A DNA stretch of 27,427 nt. It comes from Anaerolineae bacterium (GTDB lineage: Bacteria > Chloroflexota > Anaerolineae > B4-G1 > SLSP01). Positions 1-9,525 of this stretch are shown piece by piece; the first letter of the stretch is position 1, and every line of letters starts with the position of its first letter. The stretch is taken from positions 1 through 27,427 of the forward strand of contig JBJYXQ010000500.1 in NCBI GenBank assembly GCA_046260035.1, given 5' to 3'. The notes below the pieces were generated by a model. It had not been told where the DNA came from. It searched no databases and saw only the letters and a list, made by a program, of their open reading frames with translations. The position numbers and the translations under genes were made by a program.

Positions 1-180
1 ACGGTGGCTATGGGCTTCGATCCAACCGCAGCTGCGGGGAGCACGCCCTTCATCCGCGGTCTCAATCACATCCAACTGGCGAGCGAGGTAGGATTAGGCA
101 CGAACCGCCTTGAGGAGATTGAAGTGCTTGGTCCGTCCATTAAAGACGTCACGACCAAGTTCCGGGCCGCGCTTGGGTAG
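1..180 (+). CDS. 3' end of a gene truncated by the window edge, probably a DUF362-family protein
   Basis: Frame +1 is open from base 1 to TAG at 178-180: TVAMGFDPTAAAGSTPFIRGLNHIQLASEVGLGTNRLEEIEVLGPSIKDVTTKFRAALG*. The MGFDP...LA.E.GLGT..L.EIEV.G pattern resembles DUF362 C-termini as I recall them. Confidence 0.55.
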   Translation, partial: TVAMGFDPTAAAGSTPFIRGLNHIQLASEVGLGTNRLEEIEVLGPSIKDVTTKFRAALG

Positions 181-291
181 GGGCTATTGCCAGCTGGTAT
201 GGGGCGGGAAAACGTCAAAATGCCCGGTTACAGGGCAACCTAGTGCGTTCCACCTCAAAATCGGAACGCGATCAGACTAGGCGAATTCTTC

Positions 292-321
292 TTGACAAAT
301 CCTTTCTACCTGTGCTATACT
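292..321 (+). promoter_or_regulatory. sigma70-type promoter with extended -10
   Basis: TTGACA (292-297), 18-bp spacer, TG at 313-314, TATACT (316-321), upstream of the 514 gene. Confidence 0.8.
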
Positions 322-327
322 AGGCTC

Positions 328-341
328 TGGAAGCGCTTCCA
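328..341. promoter_or_regulatory. LacI/GalR-family operator
   Basis: Perfect 14-bp palindrome TGGAAGCGCTTCCA with central CG, 6 bp downstream of the -10 box. It fits the LacI-family/cre-like TGNAANCGNTTNCA pattern. Confidence 0.75.
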
Positions 342-513
342 AACCATGTGGGCGGAGAGATATCCGATCACCTGAGCAGTGACAAAGTTCACTTTGCGTA
401 TCCATTTAACAGTGTTACAATTACCGCTCTTTCCATTGGCGGCGCTCACATTCTGATAATAGATTAACGGGCTAATCCGTCGAGAGTATTTTCAGAGGAG
501 GCTTTGCACTTAG

Positions 514-3063
514 ATGACATTTTCTTACCTTGAGTATGAACTGCACGACGGCTACATCCACAACTGGCTGGTTGCCGGTTCGCAGGAGATCGCCATTCCC
601 GATCCTGATCACTACACAGGCGGGGAACCGGAGCGTAAGCTCCAAATCGCACAACATTATTACACCCCGGAAAACTTCGTTCAGCAGACCCCGGTTGACC
701 GGGAATCTTTCGCAGTTGATGACACCACATTGACCTGGCACTATGTCCGTTGCCTTGACGACCACTTTGTTGATAAATCCACCTTCCACCATACCTGGCA
801 CTATTTGCGTACCTGGGCGTACACTCAGCTTCACGTGTGGGAAGAGCAGGAAGCCACCTTCATCATTACGACGAACGGGCCGGCAGATGTATGGGTCAAT
901 GGGGAGCACGTTCACCGTCACGAGCACTTTCACCATCAACAGCCTGCGAGCGCATCTTTCATCGCGAGGCTGCGCGAGACGGACGATGAGGGCGTAGGCA
1001 ATGAGATCCTGGTCCGCTTCGAGGAAGTCGCCGCGCGCGAATGCCCTTACGTGATGGCGTTGCGTGTGGCTGACATCGATCTTGAAGATGTCGAGGTAAA
1101 AGTGCCTTCAGCGACAACGCGTACCATTCGTCATATCATGTTGGAGCAGGTCTTTGAGCAGGCGTGCATTGAAGAAGTTGCGAACTACCGTGGTAAGGTG
1201 GTGAACCTCCACTGGCCAGACGATCTTGAGACAAACTTCAACTACGATTACAGCATTCAAGACCCGAGAAACCGTATGTATGTCGGTGGCGAGACTGAGG
1301 CCAAGCCCGGTGAGGTGAACGATATCGGTCACGGTTTCCGTATTTGGCAAGGCCCTTTCCGGGCGGTGCTCCGCGCGGTTTCGCAGGAACATGCTTTCTG
1401 GAATGTCCGCTATCAATGGGAGATGCCTTTCTATATCCTGGACACTGCGTACTCAGAGACCCCTTATGGTACCGTAGAGGAACGCAGCCTTGAGGCGCTG
1501 AACTATGCGGTAACCCAGAAAGACAATCTCTATGCCGAGATTGCCAAGTTCGAGCTTGGAAAATGGGAAGACGTTGACCAGGACGTTATCCTGAAAGCCA
1601 TTGCCTCTATCAACGCGCGCGGTGATTGCAGCGACTTCGATCTCGTGGGCTTGCTTGGCGTGATGTACCGCTATATGGACCAGGATGAATTCCCCGCCGA
1701 TCTGAAGGCGCTGCTCAAGGAGTGCGTCCTCAACTTCAAGTACTGGCACGATGAACCTGGTGCCGACGCGATGTGCTACACGACAGAGAACCACAGTATC
1801 CTCTTCCACACCTGTGAAGTCCTGGCCGGGCAACTCTATCCCGATGAGGTTTTTACCAATACTGGGCAGACCGGTCAGTGGCATCGTGAGAAGGGCGAGC
1901 GCCTAGCGTTGGCGTGGCTCAAGACACGCGGCGCGACCGGTTTTTGGGAGTGGGATTCCAACTGCTATTTCGACGAAGACCTTCTGGCGCTATCACACCT
2001 TGTCAGTCTATCCGAGACCGAGCAGATCATAGAACTTGCGGCTGTCGTCATCGATAAGATGCTCTTCACGATGGCGGTCAACAGCTATAAGGGTGTCTTT
2101 GGTTCGACGCACGGGCGGACCTATAGCCCGATGATCAAAAGTGGGCAACTCGAACCCACGTCGGGCATCTGCCGCTTGATGTGGGGACAGGGCGTTTACA
2201 ATCAGCATTTGCGCGGTCTGGTGGCGATGGCGTGCTCGGGATACGATTTCCCGTTGATGATTGCTGGCATCGCGACAGACCAACGAGAAGAGATGTGGAA
2301 TCGCGAGCGCCACGTGATCAGTGATGCCGGAGATGAGATCAACAAGGTCACGTATAAAACCCCCGATTATATGCTGGCTTCAGTCCAGGATTATCGCCCT
2401 GGCGAGAAAGGTTACCAGCAGCATATCTGGCAGGCGACTTTTGGTCCTGATGCCGTCGTCTTCGTTAATCATCCACCAGTCATCAGTGAGGATGGCGCCC
2501 ACCGCCCCAATTTCTGGGCAGGAAACTACGTGCTGCCGCGCGTGGCACAGTGGAAGGACGCGTTGATCGCGTTATACAACCTGCCCGAGGACGATTGGCT
2601 GGGTTTCACCCACGCACATTTCCCGATCTATATGTTTGACGCCTACGAGGTCCACGATAACTGGGCCTTTGCGCGCAAAGCGGATGGCTATCTCGCGCTT
2701 TATGCATCGACTGGCCTGTCTTTGGTTAAGCGCGGCCCGGCGGCCTATCGTGAGTTACGCGCTTATGGCCGCGAGACGGTGTGGGTCTGCCAGATGGGAC
2801 GCGCGGCGGTGGACGGCAGTTTTGAGGAATTTCAGCAGAAAGTGCTGGAATCTGCTATGGATGTGCAAGGGCTTACGGTCAATTACACCACGTTGCGCGG
2901 CGAGACATTGGCTTTTGAGTGGGAGGACGCATTCCTCCGTGATGGTGTGGAACAACCCCTGACCGGTTTCAAGCACTATGAGAACCCTTATTGCACGGTC
3001 GAGCTGCCCGCTTCCCAGATGGATATTCGTTTTGGCGATTATGTGATGCGGCTTGTATTTTAA
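514..3063 (+). CDS. 849-aa uncharacterised cytoplasmic protein, possibly carbohydrate-active
   Basis: Long ORF with SD GAGGAGG upstream and no signal peptide. Distinctive motifs include TENHSILFHTCEVLAGQLYPD, GFWEWDSNCYF, GVFGSTHGRTY, YQQHIWQATF and RPNFWAGN. It lies between a LacI operator and an ABC importer. I cannot name the family. Confidence 0.6.
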   Translation: MTFSYLEYELHDGYIHNWLVAGSQEIAIPDPDHYTGGEPERKLQIAQHYYTPENFVQQTPVDRESFAVDDTTLTWHYVRCLDDHFVDKSTFHHTWHYLRTWAYTQLHVWEEQEATFIITTNGPADVWVNGEHVHRHEHFHHQQPASASFIARLRETDDEGVGNEILVRFEEVAARECPYVMALRVADIDLEDVEVKVPSATTRTIRHIMLEQVFEQACIEEVANYRGKVVNLHWPDDLETNFNYDYSIQDPRNRMYVGGETEAKPGEVNDIGHGFRIWQGPFRAVLRAVSQEHAFWNVRYQWEMPFYILDTAYSETPYGTVEERSLEALNYAVTQKDNLYAEIAKFELGKWEDVDQDVILKAIASINARGDCSDFDLVGLLGVMYRYMDQDEFPADLKALLKECVLNFKYWHDEPGADAMCYTTENHSILFHTCEVLAGQLYPDEVFTNTGQTGQWHREKGERLALAWLKTRGATGFWEWDSNCYFDEDLLALSHLVSLSETEQIIELAAVVIDKMLFTMAVNSYKGVFGSTHGRTYSPMIKSGQLEPTSGICRLMWGQGVYNQHLRGLVAMACSGYDFPLMIAGIATDQREEMWNRERHVISDAGDEINKVTYKTPDYMLASVQDYRPGEKGYQQHIWQATFGPDAVVFVNHPPVISEDGAHRPNFWAGNYVLPRVAQWKDALIALYNLPEDDWLGFTHAHFPIYMFDAYEVHDNWAFARKADGYLALYASTGLSLVKRGPAAYRELRAYGRETVWVCQMGRAAVDGSFEEFQQKVLESAMDVQGLTVNYTTLRGETLAFEWEDAFLRDGVEQPLTGFKHYENPYCTVELPASQMDIRFGDYVMRLVF

Positions 3064-3493
3064 CAGAATGTTAATAGAATGATTAAGGAGTTGCTCTGGC
3101 GTCCGAGTCCTATCTGCTGTGTGGTTCCGGGCGTTATATAATTCCGGTAACTTTCAGTCATCTTGGCGTCGGTTGCAGTTGTGAGAGAACGCTTATAATA
3201 AAATTGTGGGCTTAGAATCTGTCCGAAAATTCGCCGTTGCCGCACTAGAAACCTTCGCATGTACAGTTTTCGGTCGAATAGAGTCTTACTAGCACTCGTG
3301 TGATCCTTGTCTTTATTGGAATGTGAGCTTTCAGGAGGGCCTTCCTACTGTGTCGTTGGGATGCAGTAGTGGCTATATCACAGGAAGGAGGACAAACCGT
3401 AAATAAGAAAACAAAAAATCCCGGTACCCATTTACCCCCGTATCGTACCAAATATGTCTTCAGTCTATTACTATTCTTTAAGGAGGAAGAACG

Positions 3494-5335
3494 ATGAAGA
3501 AGATTACACGTCGGCAGTTCTTGCAGGTTTCGGCTATAGCCGGAGCAAGCGCTGTCCTGGCTGCCTGCGGCACGCCTACCCCGGAACCTACAGCGGCGCC
3601 AACCGTTGAAAAGACCGAGGAACCCGTAGTTGAACAACCAACCGCAGTACCTGTAGAGGCACAAACGTGGCCTCGCGAGGATGTGGCGCGTGAGCGCACG
3701 TTGATTTACGCATTCGGTGCGGTAGAGCTGGCAGGTGTCGGTATCGGCAATATGTATGCCAATAACTGGCACCAGATGGCCGGTTCGGCGATGCTCGAGT
3801 TCCCCTTCTACTACTGCGCGCTCAACAACAAGACCTACCCCTGGATTGCCGAGAGCTGGGAGTACAACGATGACTACACCGAGATGACGTTGTATCTGCG
3901 CAAGGGTGTCAAGTGGGCAGATGGTGAAGACCTCAACGCCTCTGACATTGTCTTCACGTACAGCAGCTTGAAGGCCGCCGCTCCCGATTACGAGAACTCC
4001 AGCTTTGTGGCTCAGTACGTGGACTCGGTCGAGGCCGTCGACGACTACACCGTCAAGTTCACGTTGATGGAACCGAACCCCCGCTGGCACTTCACCGGCT
4101 GCACCGGCCGCTTTGACCGCGGCATCATCCTTGTGCCGGAGCATATCTTCTCGACGGTCGAGGGTGACTGGCGCGAGTTCGCCTTCTTCGATCTGGACAA
4201 GAAGTGGCCCGTTTACTCAGGGCCCTATGCGGTCAGCCGTTTCGACGTCCAGGTCAAGCACATGGATCTGCGCTACGAGTGGTGGGCTGCTGACTTAGGC
4301 CTGGCCGATATGCCGAGTGTTGAGCGCATCGTGCAGTTTGGTTGGACCAATGACGAGGTCGGTGGTCAGATGTTGATCAACGACGAGGTGGATGTGACGC
4401 TCGACTTGCGCCCCGCCACCATCGAGGCGATCCTGGCCCAGGCTTCAGATCATATCACGACCCATACCTTCGGCGAGAAGCCCTACGGTTACATGGACTG
4501 GTGGCCCACCTCGCTGTTCTTCAACACCCTCGAAGAGCCGTACGACAACAAGGACGTCCGCTGGGCGTTCGCTTACGCCATCGATCACCAGCAGGTGATG
4601 GATGTGGGCTATGGCGGCGCGGGTGTCAAGACCAATCTCCCGTTCCCGGGGTACCCCGGACTGACAAAGTATCGGGACAACTCCACAGCGGAAGTGAGGG
4701 AGATGGCCGACGCTGTCTTTACCCGCGATGTCGCCAAGGTCGAGGAGCGGATGAAGGCCGCTGGCTTTGAGAAGAATGACGATGGCTTCTTCGCCAAGGA
4801 CGGCGAGGTCTTCCAGCCCGAAATCCTGACCGTCGATATCTATGCCGATATCGGCCCCGTGATCGTGGAGCAGTTGCGACAGGCCGGTTTCGACGCGCAG
4901 CAGATCAACCCACCCGACGCCTGGACGATCATGGGAGACGGGAATTCGAAGACGTTCTTCCGTGGCCATGGTGGCAGTGTGAAGGATCCCTGGATCACGC
5001 TGGACATGTACACTGAGAAGAACTCCGTGCCCACCGGAACGAATGTCGTCAATGAAAGCTGGACGCGATGGTGGGACCCGGATTACGAGGTCGCCGTCAA
5101 TGAGATGGCCCGCACGTCGCCCGACGACGAAGCCAAGATGCAGGAGCTGTTCGACAAGTGTATGCAGATCTGGTACACGAACCTGCCGGAGGTTCCGATC
5201 TCCGAGTGGTTCCACCGGTTGGCGATGAACACGACCTATTGGACCGGCTGGCCCAATAAGGACGACGCCTATAACACGGCGCCGTGGCACTATTGCTTCG
5301 TGATTACCCTCAGCCGCTTGAACCCGGCGCAGTAG
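3494..5335 (+). CDS. ABC transporter solute-binding protein, family 5 (OppA/DppA-like), Tat lipoprotein, probably oligosaccharide-binding
   Basis: SD AAGGAGG; twin-arginine TRRQFL; lipobox LAAC followed by a P/T/E-rich linker; family-5 motifs ([37 protein letters not shown]). Confidence 0.9.
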   Translation: MKKITRRQFLQVSAIAGASAVLAACGTPTPEPTAAPTVEKTEEPVVEQPTAVPVEAQTWPREDVARERTLIYAFGAVELAGVGIGNMYANNWHQMAGSAMLEFPFYYCALNNKTYPWIAESWEYNDDYTEMTLYLRKGVKWADGEDLNASDIVFTYSSLKAAAPDYENSSFVAQYVDSVEAVDDYTVKFTLMEPNPRWHFTGCTGRFDRGIILVPEHIFSTVEGDWREFAFFDLDKKWPVYSGPYAVSRFDVQVKHMDLRYEWWAADLGLADMPSVERIVQFGWTNDEVGGQMLINDEVDVTLDLRPATIEAILAQASDHITTHTFGEKPYGYMDWWPTSLFFNTLEEPYDNKDVRWAFAYAIDHQQVMDVGYGGAGVKTNLPFPGYPGLTKYRDNSTAEVREMADAVFTRDVAKVEERMKAAGFEKNDDGFFAKDGEVFQPEILTVDIYADIGPVIVEQLRQAGFDAQQINPPDAWTIMGDGNSKTFFRGHGGSVKDPWITLDMYTEKNSVPTGTNVVNESWTRWWDPDYEVAVNEMARTSPDDEAKMQELFDKCMQIWYTNLPEVPISEWFHRLAMNTTYWTGWPNKDDAYNTAPWHYCFVITLSRLNPAQ

Positions 5336-5348
5336 CCTTTTGTAAGCG

Positions 5349-5388
5349 CGCGAGGGGGCCAGGGCACCGGCCCCCTCGCGTCTTCCCT
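5349..5388 (+). terminator. GC-rich stem-loop after the SBP gene (partial terminator or mRNA stabiliser)
   Basis: CGCGAGGGGGCC (5349-5360) pairs perfectly with GGCCCCCTCGCG (5369-5380) around an 8-nt loop. Only a weak pyrimidine tail (TCTTCCCT) follows. Confidence 0.65.
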
Positions 5389-5514
5389 AGGACTGCGGAG
5401 ATCTGGAGAGGCCAGGGAACTATCTACTGATCAGTAGATGAGAGTAGGTGCAAGGTCGCTGTCTTCTCCAGGTCTCCGAGGTTGGCCGATCCTGCTGACC
5501 ATTTCTTAAGGAAC

Positions 5515-5612
5515 CCTTGCGAAGGTTGGCGCATACATTTCACTGCAAGGTGACCTGCTTTAGCGGGAGATCGTCTCTCCAGCAGCGCCATCTGTAACCT
5601 TCGCAAGGTTAC
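5515..5612. repeat. Inverted pair of short palindromic REP-like elements
   Basis: CCTTGCGAAGGTT (5515-5527) is the exact reverse complement of AACCTTCGCAAGG (5596-5608). The second copy is itself a hairpin, GTAACCTT-CGC-AAGGTTAC (5594-5612). Confidence 0.5.
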
Positions 5613-5645
5613 TCATAGATCTTGTTATCGTATTGGAGGTACCTG

Positions 5646-6659
5646 ATGCGCATACCACTCAGTTACGTGCTCAAAAGAATCGGTTTTCTTATAGCGGTGC
5701 TCTTTACGGCGGCTACAATCAATTTTATCATTCCGAAGCTGGCGCCGCGTGATCCTGTTCAAGAACTGATCAACCAGAAGATTGCGAGCGGTGGGCTTAC
5801 GTCCGAGGGAGCCGCGGAGTTTCGGGATTCTCTCAGGACGCTTTACGGTCTTGACAAGCCGTTATGGCAGCAGTATGTGACCTACATCTGGAATACCATG
5901 CGATTCGATCTGGGCTACTCCATCACTAACTATCCCGTAAGGGTCGATTTCATCATCGGACAGACGGTATTCTGGACCTTGGGCTTTGTAGGCACCTCGA
6001 CGATTCTCGCGTTTATAATCGGCACGGTCGTTGGCGCTATGGTGGGCTGGTCGAAGACGTCGAAGTGGTTTTCGTGGCTCATGCCACCACTGGCATCGTT
6101 TTCGGCTGTCCCGGCTTTCATCATCGCGCTGGTGCTCATTTATTTCCTGGCTTTCAAGCTCAAGGCGTTCCCGCTGCGCGGCGGCTACTCCCCGACGATA
6201 GAAAAGGACTGGGCGAGTACAGATTTCTTGCTCGACGTGGCCCATCACGCGCTTTTACCGGGCTTGTCCATGCTGCTGGTCTCCGTCGGCGGCTGGTCAC
6301 TGGGGATGCGCGCGATGATGGTGACCGTGGAGGGCCAGGACTTCATCACCTTTGCCGAGGCGAAAGGGTTGAAGGGCAGTCGTATCTTCTTCCGCTACGC
6401 GCTGCGCAACACGTTGCTGCCCCAGGTCACGGCGCTGGCGATGCAACTGGGCCTTATCGTGTCCGGCGCCACGCTGGTGGAGACTATGTTCGCCTATCCT
6501 GGCATTGGCAACCGCCTGGGGGCCGCCATCGCCGCCCTCGATTATCCGGTGATCTACGGCATCGTGTTCTTTATGGTGGTCGGGATTGCCGTGGCTACCC
6601 TTCTCGTGGATCTGCTTTATCCATTCCTTGATCCGCGCATCTCGTACTCAGGAGGCTAA
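5646..6659 (+). CDS. ABC transporter permease, OppB/DppB type (337 aa)
   Basis: ATG at 5646 follows SD GGAGGT (the track's 5622 start lacks an SD). Motifs: YGLDKPLWQQY, FDLGYS, EAA-like FAEAKGL, RYALRN, ETMFAYPGIG; multiple TM helices. Confidence 0.9.
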   Translation: MRIPLSYVLKRIGFLIAVLFTAATINFIIPKLAPRDPVQELINQKIASGGLTSEGAAEFRDSLRTLYGLDKPLWQQYVTYIWNTMRFDLGYSITNYPVRVDFIIGQTVFWTLGFVGTSTILAFIIGTVVGAMVGWSKTSKWFSWLMPPLASFSAVPAFIIALVLIYFLAFKLKAFPLRGGYSPTIEKDWASTDFLLDVAHHALLPGLSMLLVSVGGWSLGMRAMMVTVEGQDFITFAEAKGLKGSRIFFRYALRNTLLPQVTALAMQLGLIVSGATLVETMFAYPGIGNRLGAAIAALDYPVIYGIVFFMVVGIAVATLLVDLLYPFLDPRISYSGG

Positions 6660-6662
6660 ACG

Positions 6663-7535
6663 ATGCAGAGAGGTCAAGGTTTAAGGGGTTTTCTCAGTTA
6701 CATTCGCCGTAACCCGGCCTTCGGCGGCGGGCTGGCGTTGCTCCTGGTGCTGTTGCTCTTTTCGACGGTGGCCGGATTCTTCGTCCCCAAAGAGGGGGCC
6801 TACCCGTTGGCCGTGATGCCCAAGCAAGCGCCCTCTGCGGAGTATCCCTTTGGCACGGATTCCGTGGGGCGCGACCTGCTTCCCGCACTGATCTACGGCA
6901 CGCGGATGACGCTCTCGATCGGTATGATCGCCGGTTGCATCGGTCTGGGCATCGGAACTGTGTTGGGTTTTATGACGGGCTACTTCGGTGGTCTCTTCGA
7001 CACGATCATCAAATTCTTCGTGGACGTGCTGATGACGATCCCGTCCTTCCTCCTGTTGATTACCATTGCTGCATCGCTGCCCCATCCTGAGGATATGGGT
7101 GTCATCCAAATGTCCTTGGTCCTCTCGATCGTTGCCTGGGTGCAACCAACGCGGGCGATCCGGGCGCAGGTGCTGAGCATGCGCGAGCGCGCCTTTGTGA
7201 TGATGGCCAAGCTGTCAGGCATGAGCGGGATGGAGATCATTATCAAAGAACTGATGCCCAACTTGATGCCGTATCTCGCCATCAGCCTGGCGGGTGCGGT
7301 CAATGGCGGCGTCCTCGGCTCGTTGGGCCTGCAGACATTGGGCATTGGCAACCTGCGGGAACCGTCGTTGGGGATGACGATCTACTGGTTGCGGTACTAT
7401 AATGCCTTCTTGCAGGGCTACTGGTGGTGGATCATCGAACCAGTGATCGTGATCGCTGCGATCTTTATCGCGTTTTTGCTTCTCTCCATCGGGTTGGATG
7501 AGTTTGCGAACCCCAGAACTCGGAGGACCGTATGA
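6663..7535 (+). CDS. ABC transporter permease, OppC/DppC type
   Basis: PSAEYPFGTDSVGRDL, GTRMTLSIG, RAQVLSMRERAFVMMAKLSG, ELMPNL, GYWWWIIEP. Confidence 0.92.
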   Translation: MQRGQGLRGFLSYIRRNPAFGGGLALLLVLLLFSTVAGFFVPKEGAYPLAVMPKQAPSAEYPFGTDSVGRDLLPALIYGTRMTLSIGMIAGCIGLGIGTVLGFMTGYFGGLFDTIIKFFVDVLMTIPSFLLLITIAASLPHPEDMGVIQMSLVLSIVAWVQPTRAIRAQVLSMRERAFVMMAKLSGMSGMEIIIKELMPNLMPYLAISLAGAVNGGVLGSLGLQTLGIGNLREPSLGMTIYWLRYYNAFLQGYWWWIIEPVIVIAAIFIAFLLLSIGLDEFANPRTRRTV

Positions 7536-8494
7536 GCGAGCCAGTGTTGCACGTTAAAAATCTGAAAGTCTACTACTACGTTGAGGCTGGGGCTGTTAAG
7601 GCGGTCGATGATGTTAGTTTCGACTTGGACTTTGGCGTGAAGATGGGACTCGTAGGAGAGTCCGGTTCCGGTAAGTCGACGATGGCGCTGGCCTTGATGC
7701 GTATGATCAAACCCCCCGGCAAGATTGAGGAAGGGCAGATGATTCTGGATGGCACCGACCTTGTCGGGCTCTCTGAAGAGAGGATGCGCCAAACCCGACT
7801 GCGCAAGTTAGCGATGATCCCGCAGGGCGCGATGAATGCGCTTAATCCGGTGATGCGCATCGACAAGCAGTTGGTGGATGGCATGCTCGATCACGGTATT
7901 GTCTTGTCCAAAGAGGAACGCGAGGAACGCGTGGCCCAACTGCTGGAGATGGTGGACCTGGCCCCCAAGGTTGGCAAGATGTACCCGCACGAGTTAAGCG
8001 GGGGGATGCAACAGCGCGTGACGGTGGCGCAGTCTATCTCGATGGAGCCCGATGTCATTATCGCCGACGAACCAACCAGCGCGTTGGATGTGGTGATTCA
8101 ACGGCAGGTGATGGAGACGATTAACCGTCTTCAGCAGAAACTCGGACTCTCCATCATTCTCATTGGCCATGATATGGGGCTGATGGCGCAAAGTGTGGAC
8201 CGGCTTGCCGTGATGTACGCCGGCAGAATGATGGAGATTGGAGAGATACGCGCGATGTTCCGTAATCCTCTCCACCCCTACACGCAACTCTTGATCGAGA
8301 GCTTACCCGTCTTGGATAACAAAGGGGTATTCAGTGGGATACCTGGAATCACACCCTCGTTGGTGAATCCACCTGCAGGTTGTGTCTTCCATACCCGCTG
8401 CCCTAAGGCTTGGGACCTCTGTCGGGAAAAGACTCCGGAGTTTGTTGAAGTTCAGTCAGGACGGTGGGTTGCCTGCCACCTTCACACAGCATAG
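7532..8494 (+). CDS. ABC transporter ATP-binding protein, OppD/DppD type
   Basis: ATGA overlap with the previous stop; Walker A GESGSGKS; LSGGMQQR; Walker B IIADEPT; C-terminal GCVFHTRCP...VACH. Confidence 0.95.
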   Translation: MSEPVLHVKNLKVYYYVEAGAVKAVDDVSFDLDFGVKMGLVGESGSGKSTMALALMRMIKPPGKIEEGQMILDGTDLVGLSEERMRQTRLRKLAMIPQGAMNALNPVMRIDKQLVDGMLDHGIVLSKEEREERVAQLLEMVDLAPKVGKMYPHELSGGMQQRVTVAQSISMEPDVIIADEPTSALDVVIQRQVMETINRLQQKLGLSIILIGHDMGLMAQSVDRLAVMYAGRMMEIGEIRAMFRNPLHPYTQLLIESLPVLDNKGVFSGIPGITPSLVNPPAGCVFHTRCPKAWDLCREKTPEFVEVQSGRWVACHLHTA

Positions 8495-8511
8495 GTTTGG
8501 GGAATAAGAAG

Positions 8512-9525
8512 ATGAGCACACCATTACTTGAGTTAAGAAACGTAACCAAGATCTTTGGAAGCAAGACCGAATATACGGTGGCTTTGGATGATATGACACT
8601 CGCTTTTGATGAGAACCTCCCCAAAATCATCGCCGTCGTTGGTGAGAGTGGTAGCGGTAAAACAACCACGGGTATGCTATTGCTAGGTTTCTATGGACCC
8701 ACAATGGGGCAGGCTCTATTCCGTGGCAAGCCATTGAGCGAGCTTAAGGGCCCGGATCTTTTCCAGTTCCGGCGGGAGGTTCAGGCCGTTTTCCAGGATC
8801 CGTTCGCTGTGTACAATCCGTTCTACAAAGTCGATAACCTCTTGAGTATCCCTATCAAAAACTTCAAGCTGGCTGATTCGAAAGCTGGAGCCCGCGATTT
8901 GATGGAGGATGCCCTCGAGCGGGTTGGTCTGCGTCCGGAGGAGACGCTGGGCCGCTATCCCCACCAACTGAGTGGTGGGCAGCGACAACGGATCGCGGTG
9001 GCTCGCGCTTTGCTCCTGAAGCCCAAGTTCTTGGTCACCGACGAACCTGTTTCGATGGTCGATGCTTCGTTGCGCTCGACGATTCTCAAGAGTCTGCGAG
9101 CTATGAACCAGGAATTCGGTATTCCGATCTTGTACATCACCCACGACCTGACGACGGCATACCATATCAGCGACTACATCATCATTCTATATCGCGGTTC
9201 GGTGATGGAGGCTGGTGATGTGGATTCCATCATTCGCGATCCCCATCATCCCTATACGAAACTTCTGGTTTCGTCAATTCCCTGGCCTAATCCCGAACTC
9301 TCGTGGGGCGGTACCGAGGAGATGATCCAGAAGAGCCAGGTGGCCTTTAAGGCAATCACGGGCTGCAAGTTCGCGCCACGCTGTCCCTATAGGATGGATA
9401 TATGTGACACGAAGGCGCCGGAACTCTTCAGGCCGCAGAATAACCGGGTGGTCGCATGTTATCTGAACCGCGACAACGAAGTTTTGTCTCGCGCGGATCT
9501 AAGTAAAGTTTTCGCTGAGGCCTAG
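8512..9525 (+). CDS. ABC transporter ATP-binding protein, OppF/DppF type (337 aa)
   Basis: Likely start ATG 8512 (MSTPLLELRNVTKIF); Walker A GESGSGKT; LSGGQRQR; TDEPVSMVD; GCKFAPRCP...VACY. Confidence 0.93.
   Translation: MSTPLLELRNVTKIFGSKTEYTVALDDMTLAFDENLPKIIAVVGESGSGKTTTGMLLLGFYGPTMGQALFRGKPLSELKGPDLFQFRREVQAVFQDPFAVYNPFYKVDNLLSIPIKNFKLADSKAGARDLMEDALERVGLRPEETLGRYPHQLSGGQRQRIAVARALLLKPKFLVTDEPVSMVDASLRSTILKSLRAMNQEFGIPILYITHDLTTAYHISDYIIILYRGSVMEAGDVDSIIRDPHHPYTKLLVSSIPWPNPELSWGGTEEMIQKSQVAFKAITGCKFAPRCPYRMDICDTKAPELFRPQNNRVVACYLNRDNEVLSRADLSKVFAEA

Noticed and set aside
405-417. TTTAACAGTGTTA, similar to TTAACAGAATGTTAA at 3060-3074; GAATGTGAGC also occurs near 441-452 (minus strand) and 3319-3328
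   Set aside because: The spacers differ, the second copy includes the stop codon, and the matches are short enough to occur by chance in AT-rich intergenic DNA.
3080-3142. Small intergenic ORFs (MIKELLWRPSPICCVVPGVI here; MRVGARSLSSPGLRGWPILLTIS from 5438)
   Set aside because: No SD and no precursor-like features; the second lies inside a structured region.
5401-5480. Partial resemblance to a glycine riboswitch aptamer (ATCTGGAGAG...AGGTGCAA...CTCCAGG)
   Set aside because: The conserved CCGAAG and downstream AAAAGGAC elements are missing, there is no second aptamer, and simple hairpin pairing explains the motifs.
5622-5645. N-terminal extensions proposed by the ORF track (5622, 8464, 12785, 23967)
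   Set aside because: Downstream ATGs have better SD spacing or match paralog N-termini, and the 8464 and 12785 extensions overlap upstream genes.
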